Below, piece after piece: positions 44,945 to 57,884 of a DNA stretch of 64,000 bases (the first letter of the stretch is position 1; every line of letters starts with the position of its first letter). Position numbers and translations under genes: made by a program. The notes under the pieces were generated by a model that saw nothing but the letters and a program-made list of their open reading frames with translations, did no database searches and had not been told where the DNA came from. This DNA is from an uncultured Chloroflexia bacterium (lineage in GTDB: Bacteria > Chloroflexota > Limnocylindria > Limnocylindrales > CSP1-4), in the NCBI GenBank assembly GCA_963813535.1, contig CAWEZH010000003.1:192001-256000 (forward strand). The letters run 5' to 3'.

Positions 44945-46756
44945 TCAGCCCTCGTCCATGCGGAGCATCGCCAGGAATGCCTCCTGCGGGATCTCGACCG
45001 ACCCGACCCGCTTCATCCGCTGCTTGCCCTCTTTCTGCTTCTCGAGCAGCTTCCGCTTGCGGGTGATGTCGCCACCGTAACACTTGGCCAAGACGTTCTT
45101 GCGCATCGCGCGGACCGTTTCACGCGCGACCACGTTGCTGCCGATCGCCGCCTGGATCGGGATCTCGAACATCTGGCGTGGGATCAGCTGCTTGAGGCGC
45201 TCCGCCAGCGCGCGGCCGGTCGACTGGGCCCGATCGCGGTGGACGATGAGGCTCAGCGCATCGACGGGCTCGCCGTTGACGAGGATATCGACCTTGGCGA
45301 GATCGGCAGGTCGGTAGCCGAGCTCCTCGTAGTCCATCGAGGCGTAGCCCTGGCTGCGGCTCTTGAGCTGGTCGAAGTAGTCGACGATCAGCTCGGCGAG
45401 CGGCATCTCGAAATGGAGGACGACGCGGTTCGGGTCGAGGTACTCCATGTTCTCGAACGTCCCGCGGCGGTTCGTCGAGAGCTCCATCAAGGCCCCGATG
45501 TAGGCGCTCGGCGTCACGACGCTGAGCTTGACCCAGGGTTCCTCGATCGACTCGATGTCGGACGGGTTCGGCAGGAGTGCCGGATTGTCGACCACGACCA
45601 AGCCTCGGTCGTGCTGCAAATGGACGTGGTACTCGACCGATGGCGCCGAGGCGATGAGGTCGAGGTCGAACTCGCGCTCCAGACGCTCCTGGACGATCTC
45701 CATGTGCAACAGGCCGAGGAACCCGCACCGGAAGCCGAAGCCGAGGGCGACAGAACTCTCCGGCTCGAAGGTGAAGCTGGCGTCGTTGAGGTGGAGCTTG
45801 TCGAGCGCCTCGCGCAGGATCGGGTAATCCTCGCCGCTGACCGGATAGATGCCGGCGAACACGAGGCTCTTGGCCGGTTGGTAGCCGGGCAACGGGCGGG
45901 CCGCCGGTCGGGCCTGGGCCGTGACCGTGTCGCCGACCTGCGCCTCGCGCACGTTCTTGAGGCCCGTAGCGACGTAGCCGACCTCACCCGCGGTCAGCTG
46001 CTTGACCGGCACCAGCTGTGGCCGGAACACGCCGAGCTCGAGCGGCTCGGCGACCGCGCCGCTGCCCATCAGCCGGATCTGCTCGGATGCCTTGAGCGTG
46101 CCCTGCTCGAGTCGGACGTAGACGATCACGCCCTTGTAGGCGTCGTAGTGGCTGTCGAAGATGAGGCCCTGGACCGGAGCGGTCGGGTCGCCCGTCGGGG
46201 CCGGGATGCGCTCGACGATCGCCTCGAGGATGTCAGGGACACCCGTGCCGTCCTTGGCGCTGGCGAGGATGACCTCCTCGCGCGGGATGGCGAGGACGTT
46301 CTCGAGCTCATCGATGATCGTGTCGGGGTCGGCCGACGGAAGGTCGATCTTGTTGAGGACCGGGATGAGGGTGAGGTTCTCGCGGAGGGCGAGGTGGACG
46401 TTGGCGAGCGTCTGCGCCTCGATGCCCTGGGTCGCGTCGACCACGAGGATGGCGCCCTCGCAGGCCTGCAGGCTGTGGCTGACCTCGTACGCGAAGTCGA
46501 CGTGACCGGGCGTGTCGATGAGGTTGAGCCCGTAGGTCTGGCCGTCCTTGGCGCGGTACTCGAGGCGGACGGCCCGGGCCTTGATCGTGATGCCCTTCTC
46601 GCGCTCGAGGTCCATCGAATCGAGGACCTGGCTCGTCATCTGGCGCGCGTCGATCGTGTGGGTCAGTTCGAGCAGGCGGTCCGCCAGGGTCGACTTGCCG
46701 TGATCGATGTGGGCGATGATCGAAAAGTTGCGCAGGCGCTCCTGGGGGATGGTCAC
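44945..46756 (-). CDS. lepA: Elongation factor 4
   Basis: [48 protein letters not shown]. Confidence 0.98.
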   Translation of the reverse strand: MTIPQERLRNFSIIAHIDHGKSTLADRLLELTHTIDARQMTSQVLDSMDLEREKGITIKARAVRLEYRAKDGQTYGLNLIDTPGHVDFAYEVSHSLQACEGAILVVDATQGIEAQTLANVHLALRENLTLIPVLNKIDLPSADPDTIIDELENVLAIPREEVILASAKDGTGVPDILEAIVERIPAPTGDPTAPVQGLIFDSHYDAYKGVIVYVRLEQGTLKASEQIRLMGSGAVAEPLELGVFRPQLVPVKQLTAGEVGYVATGLKNVREAQVGDTVTAQARPAARPLPGYQPAKSLVFAGIYPVSGEDYPILREALDKLHLNDASFTFEPESSVALGFGFRCGFLGLLHMEIVQERLEREFDLDLIASAPSVEYHVHLQHDRGLVVVDNPALLPNPSDIESIEEPWVKLSVVTPSAYIGALMELSTNRRGTFENMEYLDPNRVVLHFEMPLAELIVDYFDQLKSRSQGYASMDYEELGYRPADLAKVDILVNGEPVDALSLIVHRDRAQSTGRALAERLKQLIPRQMFEIPIQAAIGSNVVARETVRAMRKNVLAKCYGGDITRKRKLLEKQKEGKQRMKRVGSVEIPQEAFLAMLRMDEG

Positions 46757-46867
46757 GAGGCGGGAGTGTAGCCCCTCCTGTGGTAGCATCCGCCTCCGCT
46801 GCGGCGCTCATCCCGCGCCGTCGCATGTCGATCAGCCCTTCACGACCACACACCAGAGAGGTTCCCC

Positions 46868-47497
46868 TTGGCCAAGACGCCCCGCACCTGGTCGGGCGCT
46901 CGTACTCCGTCGGGTCTCAAGCGCGTCCGGCAGGCGGCCCGCCGCCACGAGGTGCTCGGCCCACGTCGGACTGCCGCGAAGACCTACGTCGCGAAGGCCC
47001 TCAGCACGGTCGCCTCGTCGACCGATACCGAGACCGCCAACGCCGCCCTGATCGACGCGCTCTCGGCGCTCGATCGCGCAGCCAAGGCCGGTGCGATCCA
47101 CCCGAATGCCGCGGCGCGCCGCAAGTCACGACTGACGCGCAAGGTGAACGCCGCTCTCGGTGGCACCACGGTGTCGACCGCCGGTCGTGTCACGAAGCAG
47201 ACCGGCAAGGCCGCTGCTGCGAAGGCTGCCAAGGCCCGCATCGCCGCCGGCAAGTCGACCAAGGCGAAGGGCGCCCAGACGGCCGCCGGCAAGGCCCGTG
47301 CCGCACTGAGCAAGACGGCCCGCGCCGAGGCCGCTGCGGCCAAGGCCGCCGAGGCCGGCGCCACCGAGACCGCCGCGCCGACCAAGCCGGCACGTCCCGC
47401 CACCAAGGCGACCGCGGCGAAGAAGCCTGCCGCGAAGGCGACCGCCGCGAAGCCTGCGGCCAAGGCCAAAGCCACCAAGGCGACCACGAAGAGCTAA
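46868..47497 (+). CDS. rpsT: 30S ribosomal protein S20 with long Lys/Ala-rich C-terminal tail
   Basis: KRVRQA, LDRAAKAGAIHPNAAARRKSRL; divergent from lepA; TTG after GAGG. Confidence 0.9.
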   Translation: MAKTPRTWSGARTPSGLKRVRQAARRHEVLGPRRTAAKTYVAKALSTVASSTDTETANAALIDALSALDRAAKAGAIHPNAAARRKSRLTRKVNAALGGTTVSTAGRVTKQTGKAAAAKAAKARIAAGKSTKAKGAQTAAGKARAALSKTARAEAAAAKAAEAGATETAAPTKPARPATKATAAKKPAAKATAAKPAAKAKATKATTKS

Positions 47498-47519
47498 CGA
47501 CCTCGCCGACCGAACCGAC

Positions 47520-47545
47520 CGACGCCCCGGACACCCGGGGCGTCG
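47520..47545. terminator. Hairpin between convergent rpsT and the eno operon
   Basis: cgacgccccgg-acac-ccggggcgtcg perfect 11-bp stem. Confidence 0.7.
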
Positions 47546-47587
47546 TTCATGTCGGCGGGATCAGTCGAAGCACTTCCAACGGGCGGC

Positions 47588-50993
<3,406 letters not shown>

Positions 50994-51000
50994 CGCCGCG

Positions 51001-52020
51001 TCAGGCGGCGACGGGCAGGCGCGCGGCCACGAACGCGATCAGATCGGCGACCCGGCAGCTGTATCCCCATTCGTTGTCGTACCAGGCGATGACCTTCACC
51101 ATGTCGCCGCCGAGGACCATCGTCGACTCCGCATCGATGATCGACGAGCGGGAGTCGCCTCGGAAATCGCTCGACACGAGCGGCTCGTCGGACACGCCGA
51201 GGATGCCCTCGAGAGCGCCGGTCGATGCCGCGCGGAAGGCATCGTTGAGTTCCTCGACGGTCGTCGAGCGCCGCACGGTGGCGGTGAAGTCGACGACGCT
51301 CACCGTCGGCGTCGGCACGCGCAGGCTGAACCCGTCGAACTTGCCCTTGAGGTCCGGGATGACTAGCGCAAGCGCCTTCGCCGCGCCGGTGGTGGTCGGG
51401 ATGATGTTCTGGCCTGCGGCGCGAGCGCGACGCGGATCCTTGTGCGCGACGTCGAGGATCCGCTGGTCGTTCGTGTAGCTGTGGATGGTGTTCATCAGCC
51501 CCTTCTCGATGCCGAGCAGGTCGTGGACGACCTTGGCGGCCGGGGCGAGGCAGTTCGTCGTGCAGCTGGCGTTGCTGATGACGTGGTGCGCCGACGGGTC
51601 GTAGCGATCCTCGTTGACGCCCAGGACGATCGTGATGTCCTCGTTCTTGGCCGGAGCGCTGATGATCACCTTCTGGGCGCCCGCGGTGATGTGCGCCTTG
51701 GCCTTCTCGGCGTCCGTGAAGATGCCGGTCGACTCGAGGACGATATCGACACCGAGGTCGCCCCACGGCAGCGTTGCCGGATCCCTCTCCGCCAGGATCC
51801 TGATCTCACGGCCGTCGATGATGATCGAGCTGTCGCCGGCGCGGACGTCCCCGTCATAGGCGCCGTACGTCGAGTCGTGCTTGAACAGCAACGCATTCAT
51901 CTCGGCATCGACGAGGTCGTTCACGGCCACCACCTCGACGTCCGGCGCGCGCTCGAGCAGCGCCTTGAGCGACTGGCGGCCGATACGGCCGAAGCCGTTG
52001 ATGCCGACACGAACTGCCAT
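51001..52020 (-). CDS. gap: Type I glyceraldehyde-3-phosphate dehydrogenase
   Basis: [31 protein letters not shown]. Confidence 0.98.
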   Translation of the reverse strand: MAVRVGINGFGRIGRQSLKALLERAPDVEVVAVNDLVDAEMNALLFKHDSTYGAYDGDVRAGDSSIIIDGREIRILAERDPATLPWGDLGVDIVLESTGIFTDAEKAKAHITAGAQKVIISAPAKNEDITIVLGVNEDRYDPSAHHVISNASCTTNCLAPAAKVVHDLLGIEKGLMNTIHSYTNDQRILDVAHKDPRRARAAGQNIIPTTTGAAKALALVIPDLKGKFDGFSLRVPTPTVSVVDFTATVRRSTTVEELNDAFRAASTGALEGILGVSDEPLVSSDFRGDSRSSIIDAESTMVLGGDMVKVIAWYDNEWGYSCRVADLIAFVAARLPVAA

Positions 52021-52141
52021 CAGGGGAAACCTCCTGCGGCCCGATGCGGGGACCGCTGGTTCGTGGCGCGCTCGACGCGCGCGTCAAAAGCTCGGGGGAA
52101 CAGGGCCATTCTAGCAAAGGCCCACCGCGCTCCCGGACATG

Positions 52142-52173
52142 CGACGGCCCCCGCCTCCCGGCGGGGGCCGTCG
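52142..52173 (-). terminator. Hairpin downstream of the DUF5679-like gene
   Basis: cgacggcccccgcc-tccc-ggcgggggccgtcg perfect 14-bp stem. Confidence 0.75.
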
Positions 52174-52198
52174 TGCGTATCGCGATGAATGCGGGCGA

Positions 52199-52339
52199 TC
52201 AGCCGCCGATCCTGAAGACCTTGTTACCGCAGATCGGGCACGTGCCCTGCAGGGCCGGCTTGCCGTTCTTCATGGTGATCCGTTGAGGGTTTTGGACCTC
52301 GACCTTTCGCTTGTCCTTGACGCAATAGGCCTCAGCCAT
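52199..52339 (-). CDS. Small basic Zn-ribbon-like protein (DUF5679-like), 46 aa
   Basis: MAEAYCVKDKRKVEVQNPQRITMKNGKPALQGTCPICGNKVFRIGG after GAGGAGG RBS. Confidence 0.8.
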   Translation of the reverse strand: MAEAYCVKDKRKVEVQNPQRITMKNGKPALQGTCPICGNKVFRIGG

Positions 52340-52408
52340 GTGGGCTTCCTCCTCGATGGGTCGAGCGTCGCGGGAGCACGCGTCCCGCATCCGCTCGTCG
52401 ATAGCTCG

Positions 52409-53353
52409 CTAGGTCGACCACAGCGACGGCCGCCAGCGGTCCGTCGACGCGGTTCGTTTCTGGGCGTCGATCTGTGCCAGCACCAGCAGGCTCTCGAGGC
52501 CGGTCTCGACGCAGGCCGCCTCGGCAGCATCCTTCATCGGTCCGTCGATGAACTCGCCGGTCGTCCGGTTGGCGTAGACCGCACAGACGACGCCGGCACG
52601 ACAGCCGGCTAGCGACGCGAACACCAGCAGAGCCGATGCCTCCATCTCGAAGTTCATGACGCGCTGGCGCGCCATGTCCTCCGCCAGGTCAGGGTAGCGG
52701 ATGGGCAACTGCGGGATGGGACGCCCCTGCGCCCCGAAGAACCCCGGTGCCGTCGCCGTCACTCCGACGTGGTAGCGGTGACCGAGCCGTTCCGCCGCCT
52801 CGATGAGCGCCACGATCGCCTCATAGTCGGCAACCGCGGGATACCCATCGTGGACGTACCAGCTCGTCGTCGTCTCGAGACGAACCCCTCCGGTGGTGAT
52901 GACCAAGTCTCCCAGGCGCATCTCCGGCTGGAGGGCTCCGCACGAGCCGACCCGGATGAAGGTCGGACGAGTCGTGATCGCCAGGATCTCGGCCACGGCG
53001 ATCTCGACGTTGTCCGTTCCGATGCCGGTCGACACGACCGACACCCGCTGACCCCGGAACGTGCCGGTCGCAGAGGCGAACTCCCGGTGTCGGTGCTCGA
53101 GCTCGATGGAATCGAAGCGCGAGGCGATCCTGGTGGTCCGATCCTGGTCCCCGGGGAGGAGGATGTACTCGGCCAGGTCTCCCGGTCCGAGTCCGATGTG
53201 GTACTGCCGTTCCCCTTCCGGGACCGCGATCCTGCGGTCTCGGGGATCTTCTACGCGGGTTTCCGCGTTCGGCAAAACCTCTCCTCGCTCACGTGCCTGC
53301 TTCGCTGGCGCGAAACTCGGGCGAGGATAGTCCGGCGATTCTGCGAGCGTCAA
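52409..53353 (-). CDS. Nucleoside phosphorylase (uridine phosphorylase-like); start uncertain
   Basis: QYHIGL, LPGD..R, HREF, STGIG, IRVGSCG, NFEMEAS. Confidence 0.88.
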   Translation of the reverse strand: MTLAESPDYPRPSFAPAKQARERGEVLPNAETRVEDPRDRRIAVPEGERQYHIGLGPGDLAEYILLPGDQDRTTRIASRFDSIELEHRHREFASATGTFRGQRVSVVSTGIGTDNVEIAVAEILAITTRPTFIRVGSCGALQPEMRLGDLVITTGGVRLETTTSWYVHDGYPAVADYEAIVALIEAAERLGHRYHVGVTATAPGFFGAQGRPIPQLPIRYPDLAEDMARQRVMNFEMEASALLVFASLAGCRAGVVCAVYANRTTGEFIDGPMKDAAEAACVETGLESLLVLAQIDAQKRTASTDRWRPSLWST

Positions 53354-53445
53354 GCACGCCCACGCACGTTTCCTGCGTGCGCGGCGCCCTCACGGCGTCC
53401 TGGCGGCGCCCCGCACGACGGCCATCCGGCGGCGCTCGACCCAGG

Positions 53446-56400
53446 TCAGTGCAGGTCTTGGACCCCGATCGGGGGCACTCGTTCGCCCCGATCGGGCCCT
53501 GCCGAGCTGGTCAGACCGGCAAGCCGCGTCGCGACACGCTCGGCCAGCAGACGCCTGCCGTGCCGGCGGCGGAGGACCGTCATCGCCACCGATGCCAACG
53601 CGACCAGCAGCAGGCCGGCCAGTCCGGCACCCGCGCCGGGCACGAGTCCGCCAGCGTCGGCGAAGCCCGCGGACCGCACATCCGTCTGGCTCTCGAGCGT
53701 CGGCGCGGGACTGAGGTCCGGGTCCGCCCCGGCATCGATGCGGTCGAGCGCACTACCGAGCACGAGCGCGGACGGGTCCGTGACGACGAGGGCGGGCTCG
53801 CCGTCCGCCTGCGTCTCCACGCGACCCGTGGCATTGATCGCGTCGCCGGGTTCGACGAGACCCACCCAGTCGCTCGCGGCGCCTGTGAGCACGACGCGAC
53901 CGACGGCCGTGCCATCGTCGAGCATGAAGCCATCGGATCGAAGGTCGACGACGAGTCCGCCGACCCGCACGACCGACCCGCGCAGGGACGCAAGGTCGAC
54001 CAGATCGGCGTCGATCGCGTCGGTCGTCCGGGCAGACGGTCCCGTCGACGCCCCCGCTCGTGTGTCCGAGGCTGCTCCGGCGCCCGAGCTCGACGCCGCT
54101 CCGCGCTGTCGGACATCAGCGGTGGATCGAGGCAGGATCGACGGCCGCTTGTCGGAGGCGCTCGGATAGGCGGGTCGGACGATCCCGACGACGTCGGCGA
54201 CGCGACCTTCGGCAAGCGCCGTGTTGGGGATGCGTGCGCCGGGCTGTGCCACGACGACGAGTCTCGTGGCCCCGACGACGATCTCGGCGCGCCACCGCTC
54301 GCCCAGCTTGGTGACGTCGTCCACGCGCCCGGTGACCGACACGAGCCGCCAGGTGTGTGACGTGGTCAGTGGGCCGTTGACGCGCAGCGGCGCGGGTACG
54401 GTTGCGGATCCACGGCGATCAAGCGACTCCGCGCGCAGGCGCGGCGCACCGTATGCCGTCCCGACGCGGCCGACGGCGCGGACGCGACTGCCGACCGACG
54501 GCGCCGACGCGTCCTTGGGGATCAGGACCTCGATGGCCCCGGTCGCATCCTGGACTACGATCCGCCGCCCTGAACTGTCGAGGAGCTTCGTGCCCGCCGT
54601 GACCACGGCGTCGATGGCGATGTCGCGATCGGTGGTCCGGAGCGCCGTGGCGATCGAAACGACCGACGGTCCCGGGCCGTTCGACGCGCCCGGCTGGCCC
54701 GCCGAAGGCGACGGCTTCGGGGCCGCGGCGAGGAGCGTCACGTCATGGCGGTCGCGCGCCCAGACGCGGTAGCCGTCAAGCGCACCCTTTTGGGTCGCGC
54801 GCTGCCCGGCGACACCGACGATCCGATAGCGCGCGCCCTTCATGAACGATGTCTGCTTGAGCCCGCTCGATGCGTCGGCCATGACCCGGACCTTCGTGCC
54901 GCTCGCCACCTCGATCAGGAGCCGGATGTCGCCGCTGTCGACCCTGGTCGGGCGTTCCGCGACGACGCCCGTCACGCGGACGAGCCGTCCTTCGATCAAT
55001 TCGTTCGGTCCAGCAACCGGCACATCGATCGGGGCGGGCAGCGCGGCCGTGCCCTCGAAGGTGATGCCGCTCGCGGCGGGGCGGATCTCGATCTGGCCGT
55101 ATGGATCGGCGACCTTGCCGGTCACCGACACGACGCGTCCGCGAGCCGGCGGCGTGATGCCCGAGGGCAGCTTGACGACGATGCCGCCGCTCGCGTCGGC
55201 GATCGCCACGAGACCCTGAGTCCCAAGGCGGCCGGTCTCGGCGGTCACGATGCCGCGGACCGAGGCGGTGCTGCCCATCGGAAGCGCACGAACGTCGGCG
55301 ATCGATGGCGTGGCGGGTGTCGGCGACGACGACGGAGTCGGTGATGTCGTGGGCGTGGGGCCAGGGGATCCCGTCGAGCTCGGGGTCGGTGTCGGTGTCT
55401 GGCTGGGCGTCGGGGCGGAGGTAGGCGTCGGAGTCGGGGGCGGCGCGACGACGAGGTCGGCATGCACCGTGACGAACAGGCGATAGCCCGCGAGGCCCGT
55501 CCCTGAGCTGTCGCGCTGCCCGAGCGGCCCGACCGTGGTGATGCGCGAGCCGAGGTCGAGTGCGCGCCCCCCGAGTGCACCCGGCGTCACGATGACCCGT
55601 GTCGGGCCGGAGCCGTCGTCTACCGTCACGGCCGTACCGTCGGCGAGGCTATCCGGACCAGCGACCACATCGCCGGCGACCAGGAGCCGCCGACCCTCGA
55701 CGGGTTCGACCGCTGCGCCGGTGCTTGACGTGAACGGGACGGGCAGCGGCGCGGTCCCGGTCGCGACGACATCGGCCTCGTTCGCGCGGATCGTGCGCTG
55801 CGCGAACCGGTCGTCGACCGAGCCGAGCACGACCACCGACGTGCCGGCGACGAGCGGGCTCACGACTGCTGCCTCGAGGTAGATGGCAACGCCGCCGCTG
55901 TCGTCCTGCACGAACGCACCGTGTCCGGCCTCGAGCGCGCCGAGATCGGTCGTGAGCACGCCGGCGATCGTCACGATAGTGCCGTCGGGTCGCGCGCGGG
56001 CCTCCGCGATCGGCACCGTCGATGGCGTTGGTGTCGGTGTCGGGCTGACTGTCGGTTCTGTCGTTGGTGATGGAGTGGGCGTCGCGGTCGGCTCGGCAGT
56101 CGGCGTCGCGGTCGGCTCGGCAGTCGGCGTCGCGGTCGGCTCGGCAGTCGGCGTCGCGGTCGGCTCGGCAGTCGGCGTCGCGGTCGGCTCGGCCGACGCC
56201 GTCGCGGTGGGACCTGGCGTGGCGCCCGGCGATGGGACGAACGGCGAGGCGAGGTTCTGCGGGCCGGGCGACGCGGTGACGAACCAGTCGATCGAGTTGT
56301 CGTTGGCGTCCGACGCATTCCCTGCAGTCCCGCCCGGCCGCCGTTCGAGGCTCGATGACGCCGGCGGTGCAGGCGCCACCGTCCCCTCGACGAAGGCGTT

Positions 56401-56868
56401 CGTCGCGTCACCCCATCCGATCGCGTCCACGACCGCGCCACCGACGACCCGTAGCGCCACAGCGCCGCCCGTCGCCGCGAAACCGCCGGTAAAGGAGGCG
56501 TCGCCCAGGCCCACGAATGAGCCCGCGCCGTTGACGACGAGGATCCGCTGGCCGGACGCGAGGATGGTCGACACGGTCCACGTGGCCTTGCGCGTCACTG
56601 TCGAGCCGCTCGACGTCGCGTACACGAGCTCGAGACCGATCAGGTCGGTCGGTCCCGCGGCCTGGTTCGCGATCTCGACGAACTCGTCCGACGCGCTCGA
56701 TCCCCCGGTCTGCAGTTCCGACAGGACGAGGGTCGACGGCGGCCACGGGACGGTGGCGGCGAGTGCGACGGTCGCACCCGTGGGGATCGCGGCCGCCGGC
56801 AGGCTCGACAGGCACAGGGCGACGACGAGAAGGGGCGCGACAGCTGCCGCGCGCCGGACGCGTTGCAT
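53446..56868 (-). CDS. Membrane-anchored surface protein: lamin-tail domain, PT linkers and several OB-fold-like repeats
   Basis: Signal peptide; LVLSE...DEFVEIAN...SSLERR...SPG LTD; repeated IAEAR/IADVR...VQDDSGG, IADASGG, VQDATGA, LDDGTA units; C-terminal TM followed by RRRH. Confidence 0.8.
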   Translation of the reverse strand: MQRVRRAAAVAPLLVVALCLSSLPAAAIPTGATVALAATVPWPPSTLVLSELQTGGSSASDEFVEIANQAAGPTDLIGLELVYATSSGSTVTRKATWTVSTILASGQRILVVNGAGSFVGLGDASFTGGFAATGGAVALRVVGGAVVDAIGWGDATNAFVEGTVAPAPPASSSLERRPGGTAGNASDANDNSIDWFVTASPGPQNLASPFVPSPGATPGPTATASAEPTATPTAEPTATPTAEPTATPTAEPTATPTAEPTATPTPSPTTEPTVSPTPTPTPSTVPIAEARARPDGTIVTIAGVLTTDLGALEAGHGAFVQDDSGGVAIYLEAAVVSPLVAGTSVVVLGSVDDRFAQRTIRANEADVVATGTAPLPVPFTSSTGAAVEPVEGRRLLVAGDVVAGPDSLADGTAVTVDDGSGPTRVIVTPGALGGRALDLGSRITTVGPLGQRDSSGTGLAGYRLFVTVHADLVVAPPPTPTPTSAPTPSQTPTPTPSSTGSPGPTPTTSPTPSSSPTPATPSIADVRALPMGSTASVRGIVTAETGRLGTQGLVAIADASGGIVVKLPSGITPPARGRVVSVTGKVADPYGQIEIRPAASGITFEGTAALPAPIDVPVAGPNELIEGRLVRVTGVVAERPTRVDSGDIRLLIEVASGTKVRVMADASSGLKQTSFMKGARYRIVGVAGQRATQKGALDGYRVWARDRHDVTLLAAAPKPSPSAGQPGASNGPGPSVVSIATALRTTDRDIAIDAVVTAGTKLLDSSGRRIVVQDATGAIEVLIPKDASAPSVGSRVRAVGRVGTAYGAPRLRAESLDRRGSATVPAPLRVNGPLTTSHTWRLVSVTGRVDDVTKLGERWRAEIVVGATRLVVVAQPGARIPNTALAEGRVADVVGIVRPAYPSASDKRPSILPRSTADVRQRGAASSSGAGAASDTRAGASTGPSARTTDAIDADLVDLASLRGSVVRVGGLVVDLRSDGFMLDDGTAVGRVVLTGAASDWVGLVEPGDAINATGRVETQADGEPALVVTDPSALVLGSALDRIDAGADPDLSPAPTLESQTDVRSAGFADAGGLVPGAGAGLAGLLLVALASVAMTVLRRRHGRRLLAERVATRLAGLTSSAGPDRGERVPPIGVQDLH
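56078..56193. repeat. Perfect 24-bp tandem repeat (about 4.8 copies) encoding TAEPTATP
   Basis: ggcgtcgcggtcggctcggcagtc repeated with no spacers. Confidence 0.92.
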
Positions 56869-57034
56869 GCGTGACCTCCCGGCGGGGACCGAGCGGGCGG
56901 CGGCGCGTGGCGATTGAAGCAGCCTGCGTTCGACGGGGACTCAACCGTGGATGCACCCGCACACATCGCGGGCCTCCTGGGCACCCATCGACTACGATGG
57001 CCCGCACCGAACCCCGACCGAACCAGGAGACAGC

Positions 57035-57763
57035 GTGGCGCGCGCCAAAAGGACCCACCGGGCCGAGGCCCGTCGTCGCTATCGCAATGATCAGGCGCTG
57101 GCCGACCAGATGGATGACGGCGACGACATCGAGGCGCCCGAGTCATCCGCCAGCCAGCCCTCCCGAGCCGGGACCACGACGCCCGAACCCGCACGCGGCG
57201 GTGTCGGCAACGCGTTCCGCCAGGCCTTCCGGCCGCTCGACATCCGGTCCGACCTGCGCGCGCTCCCGGAGCTGGTTCGCAGCAAGGCGTTGTGGATCCC
57301 GATCGCGCTGACGCTCGCCGCGACGGTCCTGTTCATCGTCATCCGCCCGGAAGGACGGACCGACATCGTCGGCGTGCTGACCGTGTTCCTGTACCAGTAC
57401 TTCGTCGTGACGCCGGCGATCGGCGGCGTGTTCATCGCCGGCTTCATGGCCCCACGCGCGAGCTGGCTCCTCGGCATCCTCGTCGGGCTCGTCGCCGCCG
57501 CGTCCTACTCGTTCCTCGTGCTCCAAGGCTTCGTCGGACTTGCCCCGACCGCGGAGACGCAAGGTCTCGCGCGCGACGTCGTGCTCGCATCGTTCGTGCT
57601 GTCCCCGGCCGTGGGGGCGTTCTTCGCCTCGACTGCCGCCTGGTATCGACGCTTCCTGTACCTGTCGAACCCCAATCGTGGCCGGCCGAAGAGCGGGACT
57701 TCATCGCGACCCGACGGTCGATCACGTTCCGGCTCGAGCCAGAAGGCCAGCGCCCGCCGCTGA
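57035..57763 (+). CDS. Hypothetical membrane protein (about 4 TM, basic termini)
   Basis: GTG after AGGAG; hydrophobic segments; typical codon usage. Confidence 0.7.
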   Translation: MARAKRTHRAEARRRYRNDQALADQMDDGDDIEAPESSASQPSRAGTTTPEPARGGVGNAFRQAFRPLDIRSDLRALPELVRSKALWIPIALTLAATVLFIVIRPEGRTDIVGVLTVFLYQYFVVTPAIGGVFIAGFMAPRASWLLGILVGLVAAASYSFLVLQGFVGLAPTAETQGLARDVVLASFVLSPAVGAFFASTAAWYRRFLYLSNPNRGRPKSGTSSRPDGRSRSGSSQKASARR

Positions 57764-57884
57764 CCGCGCCCGGGCGAAGGCGGAGGCGAGCACCACAGCG
57801 AGCGCACTCGAAGTGCGTGAGCGAGGAGCGCAACCTCCAACGCCCGCCCGGACGTCCAGCCGCGACAGCCACGTTGACCGGCAA

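Noticed and set aside
56078-56193. 24-bp direct repeats as a CRISPR array
   Set aside because: No spacers, in frame within a PT linker, and no cas genes in the window.
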